DNA of 64,000 nucleotides from an uncultured Acidobacteriaceae bacterium. GTDB taxonomy: Bacteria > Acidobacteriota > Terriglobia > Terriglobales > Acidobacteriaceae. Where the stretch lies: positions 47,063 through 111,062 of the forward strand of contig CAWEAB010000023.1 in the NCBI GenBank assembly GCA_963806745.1, written 5' to 3'. Of this stretch, positions 1 to 8,403 are shown one piece after another. A program made the position numbers and the translations under genes. How positions within the stretch are numbered: the stretch's first letter is position 1; each line of letters begins with the position of its first letter. The notes under the pieces were generated by a model, which made no database searches, had not been told where the DNA came from, and worked only from the letters and a program-made list of their open reading frames with translations.

Positions 1-2322
1 GTGTCCGTGCAAAGCGTTCGTCACCTGCTTGGAGGCTTCCTCGAAATCGCGCTCGGTGTGCAGGGTTTCGGCTTGCAGGAAACTCGATCCTAAGTTCGAG
101 GTCATGATGATGACTGTGTTTTTAAAATCTACGGTGCGGCCCTTGCCGTCGGTGAGGCGGCCGTCGTCCATGATTTGCAGGAGGACGTTGAAGACATCGG
201 GATGCGCCTTTTCGATTTCGTCGAAGAGCACGACCGCGTAGGGACGGCGACGCACTTGTTCGGTAAGCTGTCCACCTTCTTCGTAGCCTACGTAGCCTGG
301 GGGCGCGCCGATGAGACGCGAGACGGCGTGCTTCTCCATGTACTCGGACATGTCGATGCGCAGCATGGCGCGCTCGTCATCAAAAAGGAATTCGGCCAAA
401 GCCCGCGCCAGTTCTGTCTTTCCGACGCCCGTTGGTCCGAGAAAAATAAATGAACCGATGGGACGCTTGGGATCGCTGAGTCCGGCGCGCGATCTTCTGA
501 TCGCGTTCGAGACCCGCTCTAACGCTGCGTCCTGTCCAATTACTCGGAGGCGCAGACGATCTTCCATGTTGATTAATTTTTTTACTTCGCCTTCGAGCAT
601 CTTCGAAACTGGAATGCCGGTCCACTTGGAGACGATGCGCGCTACGTCTTCTTCGTCGACTTCTTCTTTCAGCATGCGGCCAGATGCGGTGCTGGGCAAG
701 GCTTTTGAGCCGTCTTTACTTTTGGCTCCATCTTTCGCCGGGCGGCCTTCGAGTTGATCGGTAATCTTTTTCAGATCTTCCTCGGCCTGGCGAATCAAGC
801 CGTAACGAATCTGCGCTACGCGTTCGAGGTTGCCCTTACGCTCTTCCGCTTGCTCTTCAAGTTTTAACTGCTCGAGTTTTTCTTTGAGCGCGCGGGCTTT
901 TGCGATGACGTCTTTTTCCAGTTTCCATTTCGCTTTGAGCGCGTTCGACTTCTCGCGAATGTCGGCGAGTTCTTTTTCTACGAGGGCGAGGCGCTCGCGG
1001 GAGCTGCGGTCGTCTTCTTTTTTCAGGGCCTGCTTTTCGATTTCGAGCTGCGTGGCGCGGCGTTCGAGCTGATCGATCTCGGTGGGCATGGAATCGATCT
1101 GGATGCGGAGAGACGCGGCGGCTTCGTCGATCAGGTCGATGGCTTTATCAGGCAAGAAGCGGTCGGAGATGTAGCGATGCGACAGCGTTGCCGCCGCGAC
1201 GATCGCCGAGTCTTTGATTCTTACTCCGTGATGGACTTCGTATTTTTCTTTCAGGCCGCGGAGGATCGCGATGGTGTCTTCGACGTTTGGCTCGCCCACG
1301 AAGACGATCTGGAAGCGGCGTTCCAAGGCCGCATCTTTCTCGATGTACTTGCGATACTCGTTGAGCGTGGTGGCGCCGATGGCACGCAGCTCGCCTCGGG
1401 CTAACGCGGGCTTGAGCATATTGGAGGCGTCGATGGCGCCTTCGGAGGCGCCGGCTCCTACGAGCGTGTGCAGTTCGTCGATGAAGAGGATGATCTTGCC
1501 TTGCGCGTCTTCGATTTCCTTGAGGACGGCCTTGAGGCGATCTTCGAATTCTCCGCGATATTTTGCGCCGGCCAGCATGGCTCCAAGGTCGAGCGAGACT
1601 ACGCGCTTGTTCTTCAGGGCCTCGGGCACGTCGCCCGAAATGATGCGCTGGGCGAGGCCTTCGACGATGGCGGTCTTGCCAACTCCGGGCTCGCCGATCA
1701 GCACGGGATTATTTTTGGTGCGGCGCGAGAGGACCTGGACTACGCGGCGGATTTCTTCGTCGCGTCCGATGACCGGGTCGAGTTTGCCACGGCGAGCGGC
1801 TTCGGTCAGGTCACGAGCGTAACGCTCGAGCGCCTGGTATTTGCCTTCCGGATTCTGGTCGGTGATGCGCTGCGATCCGCGGACGGAGGTGAGCGCTTTG
1901 AGAATCGCCTCGTTGGTTGCGCCGTGGCGGGCGAGGAGTTCCTGCGCCGGATCGCGCTTGAGGCTGGTGATCGCCAGCAGAAGGTGCTCGGTGGAGACGT
2001 ACTCGTCTTTGAATGCGTCGGCTTCCTTGAAGGACTTTTCCAGAAGCTGGTTGACCTGCGACGACATGGTGGCCTGGTTGGCACCGCTGCCGGAGACTTT
2101 GGGGAGCTTTTCGATTTCCTGGTAGATCTCGGCGAGGACAGCTTGCGGGCCGATGCCGATTTTTTCGAGGACGGGGACGACAATGCCTTCCTTGTCCTCG
2201 ACGAGCGCGGCGAGAAGATGGATGGGTAGAAGCTCGGGATTGCCGTGCTCGGAGGCGAGATCGTTCGCGCGCTGGACGGCTTCCTGGGCTTTGACTGTGA
2301 ATTTATCCCAACGGATGGGCAT
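1..2322 (-). CDS. clpB: ClpB AAA+ disaggregase; the C-terminal end runs off the left edge
   Basis: Absent from the ORF track because its stop lies outside the window. Minus-strand translation from ATG 2322 gives [17 protein letters not shown]. It has two Walker A sites ([18 protein letters not shown]) separated by a long coiled-coil middle domain. GGAG lies 6 nt before the ATG. Confidence 0.95.
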   Translation of the reverse strand, partial: MPIRWDKFTVKAQEAVQRANDLASEHGNPELLPIHLLAALVEDKEGIVVPVLEKIGIGPQAVLAEIYQEIEKLPKVSGSGANQATMSSQVNQLLEKSFKEADAFKDEYVSTEHLLLAITSLKRDPAQELLARHGATNEAILKALTSVRGSQRITDQNPEGKYQALERYARDLTEAARRGKLDPVIGRDEEIRRVVQVLSRRTKNNPVLIGEPGVGKTAIVEGLAQRIISGDVPEALKNKRVVSLDLGAMLAGAKYRGEFEDRLKAVLKEIEDAQGKIILFIDELHTLVGAGASEGAIDASNMLKPALARGELRAIGATTLNEYRKYIEKDAALERRFQIVFVGEPNVEDTIAILRGLKEKYEVHHGVRIKDSAIVAAATLSHRYISDRFLPDKAIDLIDEAAASLRIQIDSMPTEIDQLERRATQLEIEKQALKKEDDRSSRERLALVEKELADIREKSNALKAKWKLEKDVIAKARALKEKLEQLKLEEQAEERKGNLERVAQIRYGLIRQAEEDLKKITDQLEGRPAKDGAKSKDGSKALPSTASGRMLKEEVDEEDVARIVSKWTGIPVSKMLEGEVKKLINMEDRLRLRVIGQDAALERVSNAIRRSRAGLSDPKRPIGSFIFLGPTGVGKTELARALAEFLFDDERAMLRIDMSEYMEKHAVSRLIGAPPGYVGYEEGGQLTEQVRRRPYAVVLFDEIEKAHPDVFNVLLQIMDDGRLTDGKGRTVDFKNTVIIMTSNLGSSFLQAETLHTERDFEEASKQVTNALHGH

Positions 2323-2337
2323 GGGTTACTCCATTTT

Positions 2338-2369
2338 GTAATTTGCGTAATTTCGTAATTTCGTAATTT
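2338..2369 (-). repeat. Four tandem GTAATTT units (periods 9, 8, 8 nt) just upstream of the clpB Shine-Dalgarno
   Basis: Read directly: GTAATTTGC GTAATTTC GTAATTTC GTAATTTG on the + strand. On the clpB sense strand this is AAATTAC x4, ending about 5 nt before GGAG. Confidence 0.8.
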
Positions 2370-2393
2370 GATCCGAGTGCACGAAGCTTTTCG

Positions 2394-2405
2394 AGGAGAT
2401 CTCCT
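2394..2405. repeat. Perfect 12-bp palindrome AGGAGATCTCCT in the clpB upstream region
   Basis: Read directly, about 75 nt upstream of the clpB ATG. Function unknown. Confidence 0.7.
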
Positions 2406-2497
2406 TCTCTGGCAATGCGCGTGTCTGGCTAAACTCCGTCACGTGATTGTTGTTCTCGGTCACGACGTTTCTTTCTGCATTGTGTACCAGGAACCGA

Positions 2498-2605
2498 GGA
2501 CGGAGCAATGCCACGGCCTCCGTCTCCCTCAGGGGCTGAAGCCCCCATTTCTTTTGTGCTTTCGGACGGCACGACTCAGTCGTGCCCTTCCCCCTTTCAT
2601 GAAGG
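2498..2605. repeat. REP-like composite element, family C (GGGGCTGAAGCCCC hairpin plus a second hairpin GGCACGACTCAGTCGTGCC)
   Basis: Shares GAGCAA.GCC.CGGCCTC...CCTCAGGGGCT.AAGCCCC with the copy at 3549-3645, same orientation. Confidence 0.7.
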
Positions 2606-2624
2606 TACGGACCCACGACGCCAG

Positions 2625-3461
2625 TTATTGGATGTGGTCACCGCGATTTGGTTCTTTCCGCTTCAACCAGTCTGCATCTGCTTTGACCAGCCGGCGTCTC
2701 CAGATATCGGGGAACTCTATGGAGAAGCCGATCTGGCCGCCGATTCTTGGGCTGGCTATGTAGCGGCCTCCTAACAACCCCAGGTCGAAGGTAACGCCGC
2801 GGTGGATGGCGTATTGCGCTCCGAGCATGCCCTGCAATTGTTTTCTGCCCAGGGCGCTGTTGCTGTCGTAGCCACCGTAGAGTTCGCCTCCAACGGAAAA
2901 TGGCGTGCAAGTGAAACAAGAAACGGTAGAAACGGATTTTTAAATGCCGACCTCCCGTGGTATTGCCCGCAAACAGGTAACCGAGATTGACGTTTACCCT
3001 CGTCTTCTCCGACAGCGGCTCCTGCACGCAAAGGTTCAGCCAGTAATCGATCAGTCCCGAACCCAGTTGCTGCTTCTCGTTGCCGGTCGGAAATTCGACA
3101 TAGAAGCTGGCGCCAAGCGTAACTGGAGCCCGATGATGACTTATGGAAATTCCATTTGACGCCCAGGTTGGTGCCCCCAACGCCCGCCGATCCGTCGGTC
3201 TCGCGATAGATGCCGAGATAGGGGAAGTCGACGTCGAACTCCAAATTATGGGGCAGGCCGTAGTTGAACTTATAGTTCGCTGTGTTCTGCCGGAGATTCG
3301 GGTATTGATGCTGGAGAGCGTGGTGTTCATTGAAAAGCTCGAAGTGGAACCGCCCCGCTCGGTCACCGCGGATCGTCCGTGTAAAACGGCAATTGCGCGT
3401 GGAGCGATATGGCCATGAAGCAAACAAACAGAAGGAGAAGGACCCGAGATCGGTGGCGCAT
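2625..3461 (-). pseudogene. Outer-membrane beta-barrel protein (MetA-pathway/phenol-degradation-like porin family), frame broken at least 3 times
   Basis: Signal peptide MRHRSRVLLLLFVCFMAISLHAQ from ATG 3461 in one frame. RFHFELFNEHHALQ...GVKWNFHKSS is in a second frame, VTLGASFYVEFPTGNEKQQLGSGLIDYWLNL in a third, and the C-terminal strands GELYGGYDSNS...GVTFDLGLLGGRY...GFSIEFP are back in the first frame. Confidence 0.6.
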
Positions 3462-3548
3462 TCGCAGGCCCCTTATTATGACCCGAGAGCGTTTTAATCA
3501 CGGAATCATCCTGGGGCTCGGTTGCGATATTGTCGCCTAAATGATGAG

Positions 3549-3645
3549 GCCGGGGAGCAACGCCTCGGCCTCATTTCCTCAGGGGCTAAAGCCCCATCAT
3601 TCTGCGCTTCTAACGCGGCGCTAAAGCGCCGCTCTTCCACTCTTA
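3549..3645. repeat. REP-like composite element, family C (GGGGCTAAAGCCCC hairpin plus GCGGCGCTAAAGCGCCGC hairpin)
   Basis: Alignable with 2498-2605. Both hairpins read directly. Confidence 0.7.
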
Positions 3646-3669
3646 TGCACCCTTAAGTCTGATGGACTC

Positions 3670-4175
3670 TTATGCGGCGGTCTTGGCTGACTTCGCTTCG
3701 AGGGTCTTATCGCTGGCTGGGCCTTGCTTTGCACTGCCGACGTTCACCTTGATCTGCTTCGGCTTGGCTTCGGCTTTCTTGGCCAGCTTTATCTTCAGCA
3801 CGCCCTTGTCGTAGTCGGCCTGGACGCTGTCCTGGTCAACAGTAGTAGGCAGAGTGAAGGTGCGAGTGAAGCTGCCGTATGGCGCTCGACCCTGCGATAG
3901 TTTTCTTCCTTTTCTTCTTTTTCGAACTTGCGCTCGCCGTAAACGGTCAAAGTGTTGTTCTCGATGCGGACATCGATGTCCTTCTCGTCGATGCCGGGAA
4001 CTTCGATTTTGAGCGTTACGTTGTGCTCGTCTTCGTAGACGTCCACCGGCGGCGCAAAGGTGGTGCTGGTCAGCGCCTCTTCCTGTCCGCCCTGTGAGTC
4101 ACGGAACAGACGGTTCATGCGGTCCTGTAGTGTAACGAACTCACGGAAGGGGTCCCAACGGGTAAGTACTGTCAT
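3670..4175 (-). CDS. Hsp20/alpha-crystallin small heat-shock protein, frame broken near 3880
   Basis: ORF 3795-4175 gives PPVDVYEDEHNVTLKIEVPGIDEKDIDVRIENNTLTVYGER. After RVER the conserved YGSFTRTFTLPTTVDQDSVQADYDKGVLKIKLAK continues in another frame to stop 3670-3672. The span is 3n-1, consistent with one missing base. Confidence 0.85.
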
Positions 4176-4287
4176 GGCTAAATCCTCCTACGAAATTTGA
4201 TGGGAGCTACATGCTTGCGGCAGACATGAATTGCCCTGTAATGAGAAGCGCAGCGGCTCTCGATTCGCATTTATTAGCGTGATTGCA

Positions 4288-4316
4288 ACTATAAAATATG
4301 AGTGTATTATTGTCAA
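4288..4316 (-). promoter_or_regulatory. Sigma-70-type promoter for hsp20: TTGACA-17 nt-TATAGT
   Basis: On the minus strand, TTGACA (4316-4311), a 17-nt spacer and TATAGT (4293-4288). This predicts a leader of about 105 nt. Confidence 0.55.
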
Positions 4317-4336
4317 TACATGAATTAAGCTTATTT

Positions 4337-5538
4337 TCAAGCAGATACGGATAAAGTCAGGCACTTGAGATAGCCGGTTTCGGGGATATTAAGGAGCATC
4401 GGATGGTCTTTTGCGGCTCCGCGGCTCTCCAGCAGGCGTAGGGATCGGTGGGCGTCGGTCGCGGCGCTGGAGATGGTCTGGATGAGGTCGGCGGCGCTTA
4501 CATGGAAGGAACAGGAGCAGGTGATCAGGATTCCGCCGGGCTGGAGCATTTTAAGGGCACGGAGATTGAGTTCTTTGTAGCCGCTTAGGGCTTTGTCGAG
4601 ATCGCGTTTGGTTTTTGCGAAGGCAGGGGGGTCGAGGACGATGGTGTCGTATTTTTTGCCGGCATGGGCGTAGTCGCGGAGGAGGTCGAAGGCGTTGGCT
4701 TCGATCCATTCCATTTCGCGATTATTCAGGGAGGCGTTTCTGTCGGCTACTTCAAGGGCGGGGCGGGAGCTGTCTACGCCGGTGACACTCTTGCAGTTTG
4801 CGGCCAGGTGAAGGGCGAAGCCTCCCTGGTAGCAGAAGACGTCGAGGGCCTCGCCTTTCGCATAGCGCGCGGCGGCGGCATAGTTTTCTCTCTGGTCGAG
4901 AAAGGCTCCAGTTTTTTGGCCTTCGAGGGCGTCATAGTGGAAGCGGACGTTGTTCATTTGGATAATTGTCGACGTCTTCTTGCCCCAGAGCAGGGCGGAA
5001 TCGCGCGGCGGGAGTTGCTCGAGTTCGCGGATGCGGGGCTCGACTCTTTCGAGAATTCCTTCTGGCTTTAGTTCCTCTACCAGCGTTTCGATGATGGCGC
5101 CGCGGACGGGCTCTTGGTCCATGGCTTGGGTGAGGATCTGTAGGGAGATGACATCGTTGTAGCGGTCGATGATCAGGCCGGGGAGGAAGTCGGCTTCGCT
5201 GAAGACTACGCGGTAGGCATTGGTGTTTTCTGCGTATTGTTTGCGATAGGCGATGGCGGCCCGGATGCGGTCGGCGATCAGTTTTGGCAGGTCGGTTACT
5301 TCTTCTTTATTGCCGGCGATCATGCGGATGGCGATTTGCGAGGAGGAGCTGTAGAGGGCTGTGCCTTGGAATTTTCCTCTTTGATCGACTACTTGGACTG
5401 TGGCGCCGGGTGGGATATCCGGCGATGCGGTGATGTCGGAGCGGTAGACCCAGGGGTGTCCGGATTTGAGGCGCGTGGCGCCTCGGGCGGAGACGGTGAC
5501 GGTTGGGTGAGTTGCGGCTCCTTCGGAAACTTCGGCAT
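4337..5538 (-). CDS. PUA-domain SAM-dependent rRNA (cytosine-C5) methyltransferase, RlmI/RlmK-like; N-terminal frame problem
   Basis: ORF 4337-5323 carries the methyltransferase core (DVFCYQGGFALH, LDPPAFAK, TCSCS). The same frame stays open to 5569 and encodes the PUA-like TVTVSARGATRLKSGHPWVYRSDI, but with no ATG/GTG/TTG. An out-of-frame ATG at 5538 gives a span of 3n-1 (about 400 aa), consistent with one missing base near 5480-5535. Confidence 0.75.
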
Positions 5539-5622
5539 TAGGCGATGTTACATCGGCTGGCTTTGCGGGCTAGAGCCAGAGCCAAAATCTTAACCACCGA
5601 GTACACGGGGTAAGACCAAATC

Positions 5623-6915
5623 TTACTTGCTCGAAGCCGGCGATGCGGAGCTTCGCTCCGCCGGACAGCCGAGGGCGGCTGTCCCCACGTGAGGATTTCT
5701 ATGCGCGGACGGGCAGTTCGCCGTTGCGAATTCGAGAGTTGTCCGGGATAGCGACGTCTTCACCGGCGCGAGGCTGGCGGTTACTGCTCCCGTCATCACT
5801 TTTTTCAGCGCGGTTTGGAACTCATTCATCTCTGGTGCGGTGCCTACGGTTATGCGGACGTGGGTGGGCCAGACTGGCCAGATTCTTCCGATGTTTACTT
5901 TTTGTTGGGCCATGGCTTCGATGACTTCCTTGCCGGGGCGTTTGGTGTCGAGCATGAAGCAGTTGGACTGCGATGGGACGTAGGAATAGCCGTTGCGATC
6001 GAGCCAGGCGAAGACGCTGGCGCGGACTTCCGCGTTGGTGCGCTTGCGCTCGGGAACTAGCTGGGTTTCTTTCAGGCTGGCGGAGGCCGCGGCTAGCGCG
6101 GTGATCGGGTTGAAACTCCATCCGCCGTAATGCTCGACTTTTTCGAGGATGGAGGGCTTGGCGATTATTACTCCGCAGCGGAGTCCGGCCATGCCATAGA
6201 TCTTTGAGAACGTGCGCAGGACGATTACATCTTTGTCGGCTTTGACGAGGTCGAGCGCGGAGTCAGTGTCGGAGAAATGGATGTAGGCTTCATCGACCAT
6301 GACTACGGAATCTTTGGGTTTGTTCGCGACCAAGTATTCGATGTCGGCGTGGCTGGTTACAGTGCCGGTTGGATTATTGGGATTGGCGATATAGAAGATG
6401 CCGGCGTCGGGTGCCGCGGCCAGCATGGCTCGGACGTCGTGGGCGTAGGCTTTGTCTTTGGCCAGCGGAACTTTGACTACGCGGGCTTGGACGAACTCGG
6501 CAGCGTGCATTCCGGCTTCGTAGCCAGGGTCGGCGGTGACATAGCTGCGCTGGGGCGAGGCGAAGACGGAGACGGCGTAGTGCAGCGGGTCGCTGGAGCC
6601 GGGATAGAAACGGATATAGTCAGGGTGCAGGCCTTCGAGCTGGGCGTATTGATTGATGAGCTCGTCGGTGAGCCAGAAAGAGTAGCGTCCGCCTTGCGGG
6701 GCCATTTTGATGACCGCTTCGCGGGCAGCGGCGCAGGGGCCGAGGGGATTTTCGTTGGCGTTGATCATGACGCCGTCGCGGGCGATCCGGATGGGAGCGG
6801 CGGCGTGGGCCAACATGGGCTCAGTCATAATGCGCAGTGCGCCGGCGGCGGCCGCGGCGGCGGAGAGGGTCAGGAAAGAACGGCGGGATGGGGAGATCGT
6901 TGGACCGGTTGACAT
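5623..6915 (-). CDS. PLP-dependent aminotransferase of the histidinol-phosphate aminotransferase family, with a twin-arginine signal
   Basis: SRRSFLTLSAAAAAAGA at the N-terminus. Motifs NANENPLGP, NPNNPTG, DEAY, RTFSKIYGMAGLRCG. The last ~55 codons read through a REP element and may be an artefact. Confidence 0.85.
   Translation of the reverse strand: MSTGPTISPSRRSFLTLSAAAAAAGALRIMTEPMLAHAAAPIRIARDGVMINANENPLGPCAAAREAVIKMAPQGGRYSFWLTDELINQYAQLEGLHPDYIRFYPGSSDPLHYAVSVFASPQRSYVTADPGYEAGMHAAEFVQARVVKVPLAKDKAYAHDVRAMLAAAPDAGIFYIANPNNPTGTVTSHADIEYLVANKPKDSVVMVDEAYIHFSDTDSALDLVKADKDVIVLRTFSKIYGMAGLRCGVIIAKPSILEKVEHYGGWSFNPITALAAASASLKETQLVPERKRTNAEVRASVFAWLDRNGYSYVPSQSNCFMLDTKRPGKEVIEAMAQQKVNIGRIWPVWPTHVRITVGTAPEMNEFQTALKKVMTGAVTASLAPVKTSLSRTTLEFATANCPSAHRNPHVGTAALGCPAERSSASPASSK
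5645..5693. repeat. REP-like element, family A (AGCTTCGCTCCGC + GGACAGCC-loop-GGCTGTCC hairpin)
   Basis: GCGGAGCTTCGCTCCGCCGGACAGCCGAGGGCGGCTGTCCCCACGTGAGG. Other copies at 24874, 25067 and (degenerate) 57877. Confidence 0.75.
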
Positions 6916-7022
6916 GGCTCACCTCACGTTCCGGACATGTTACCGCAGATTGGGGCGGCCCGGCGCATGAAGTGCTTTATGAACTATGAACAAGGAGCCG
7001 GCGGAATACCCTGAGAGGCGGG

Positions 7023-7343
7023 TTAGCTGGCGGCTGTGTGTTCGGCGGGGGCGGGCGAGTGCGCCTTGTGGTCTTTGTGGCCTTTGGCGTGGTCGCGCTG
7101 GGCGGAACGCAGATCTACGTGGAGGATGTCGAGCGCGCTACTGGGAATCTCCGCGCCCCACTCTTCCATCTCCGCTTCATCGAAATGGCCGTTGAGGCGG
7201 ATTGAAGTCTCCGTTAAATCCTCGGGAAAAGCCTGGCGGTAGTTGCCTTCGCGGTTAAGGATTTCGCCGATCTGGCGGCCGGAGTGCATGTCGTAGATGG
7301 CGCGGGAGGCGGTGCCGCTGTGATTGCTGAGGACGAGCAGCAC
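7023..7343 (-). CDS. Hypothetical coding region; possibly the C-terminal domain of the upstream zinc-ribbon protein
   Basis: Protein-like translation WYYRPDYGEAGEVLLVLSNHSGTASRAIYDMHSGRQIGEILNREGNYRQAF. The frame is open upstream to beyond 7500 with no start codon before GTG 7343. Confidence 0.45.
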   Translation of the reverse strand: MLLVLSNHSGTASRAIYDMHSGRQIGEILNREGNYRQAFPEDLTETSIRLNGHFDEAEMEEWGAEIPSSALDILHVDLRSAQRDHAKGHKDHKAHSPAPAEHTAAS

Positions 7344-8163
7344 CTCGCCGGCTTCGCCGTAATCGGGACGGTAGTACCAGGCTTGCGGGGAGTCGGCTTT
7401 GGGGCGGGCGCGGCGGCTGGCGTGGGCGGTGTTCGACGGCCTGCTCGGGCTTGGGCTCGTTGGCTGGATTGTAATAAAGGACGCGCTGGCAGGAGTCGCA
7501 GAAGACGATTTGCTGGCCGTTGAAAACTTCGTTGTAGTGCTGCGGGCGCAGGCGGACCTGACAGCCCATGCATTTCTGCTCGAGGACTTCGGCGAGGCCG
7601 GTGCGGCGGAACTTCATGACGCGCTCGTAGTGGCGGAGCAGGTCGGGGTCGATGCCGTGGCGGAGGCCGTCGCGCTTGGCATTCCACTCGGTGAGCTTTG
7701 CCTGGTCTTCGGCGGTGACGCGGCGGGCGTCTTCTTTTTCTTTTTCGATCTCGGCGGTTTCGGCTTTGAGCTTGGCTTCGGCGGCCTTGACGTCTTTTTC
7801 GCGGGCGTCGACGTTAACCATGACCTCGAGGATGCGATCCTCGTTGATGCGAATCTCCTGCTCGGAGAACTGGATTTCGTGGAGGAGCGCTTTGTATTGC
7901 TCGTTGGTTTTTACGTCGAGCGACTGGTCGCGGTATTTGGAGATTTTGCCCTGGAGGTCCTGGATGGCGGTTTCGAACTTCTTTTTGTTGGCTTCGTCGG
8001 CTTTGGCCGCTGCGCGCGCCTTTTCGAGATGGGCCCTGGTGCCGGCGAGCTTTTGTTCGATCGCCGCGATGCGCCGCGGGAGTTCGGCGATCTCCTCTTG
8101 CAGCTTGCGGATCTCCTGATCGGCGATCTGGAGTTCTAGCAGTTTTTCGATGTCAGGAAGCAT
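7255..8163 (-). CDS. Coiled-coil protein with C-terminal C4 zinc ribbon (COG1579/DUF164-like)
   Basis: Starts MLPDIEKLLELQIADQEIRKLQEE, followed by long heptad-rich helices and then CMGCQVRL...CDSCQRVLYY. The tail after AVEH is Arg/Pro-rich, as expected for out-of-frame reading. Confidence 0.75.
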   Translation of the reverse strand: MLPDIEKLLELQIADQEIRKLQEEIAELPRRIAAIEQKLAGTRAHLEKARAAAKADEANKKKFETAIQDLQGKISKYRDQSLDVKTNEQYKALLHEIQFSEQEIRINEDRILEVMVNVDAREKDVKAAEAKLKAETAEIEKEKEDARRVTAEDQAKLTEWNAKRDGLRHGIDPDLLRHYERVMKFRRTGLAEVLEQKCMGCQVRLRPQHYNEVFNGQQIVFCDSCQRVLYYNPANEPKPEQAVEHRPRQPPRPPQSRLPASLVLPSRLRRSRRGAARPQQSQRHRLPRHLRHALRPPDRRNP

Positions 8164-8280
8164 CAGTTGGGCGTTCTCAGCTTTGATTTTAGCATGTGGG
8201 AAACGGTCGTCGCGGTTCGGGGCTGGAAGGCGGAGACGCGGCGGGCGGTTGCGTCCGGGCATGGAACCTTCGCCGGCGCG

Positions 8281-8320
8281 GGGCTCGCTTCGCTTGCGGC
8301 GCTTCTCGCTCAGGGTGACA
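8281..8320. repeat. REP-like element, family B (CGCTTCGCT...CGCTCAGG(A/G)TGACA)
   Basis: GGGCTCGCTTCGCTTGCGGCGCTTCTCGCTCAGGGTGACA. Related copies at 14198, 16381, 21895, 38221 and 42601. Confidence 0.65.
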
Positions 8321-8403
8321 GATTTCAGGAGGGTTATACGGTGGATGCATGTGTGGTAGGCTGCGGGGTTTGGTTTTTCCAGCCATTGATTTGGAGGTGT
8401 TCC

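Noticed and set aside
2371-2382. GAGTGCAC upstream of clpB as a CIRCE half-site
   Set aside because: Only one degenerate half is present. There is no inverted partner at 9-nt spacing.
2531-2545. GGGGCTGAAGCCCC as the 5' end of a tmRNA, and GGTTCGA-type strings (25001, 36700) as tRNA T-arms
   Set aside because: The surrounding sequence cannot form an acceptor stem/T-arm or tmRNA pseudoknot layout. The GGGGCTGAAGCCCC motif recurs as part of a repeat family, and the GGTTCGA at 36700 lies within a coding region (folK).
4176-4287. The hsp20 leader as an RNA thermometer that sequesters the Shine-Dalgarno
   Set aside because: The best pairing I can draw between the leader (GCUCCCA) and UAGGAGG is only 4 contiguous base pairs. 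That is not enough to claim a ROSE or fourU-type element without a folding calculation.
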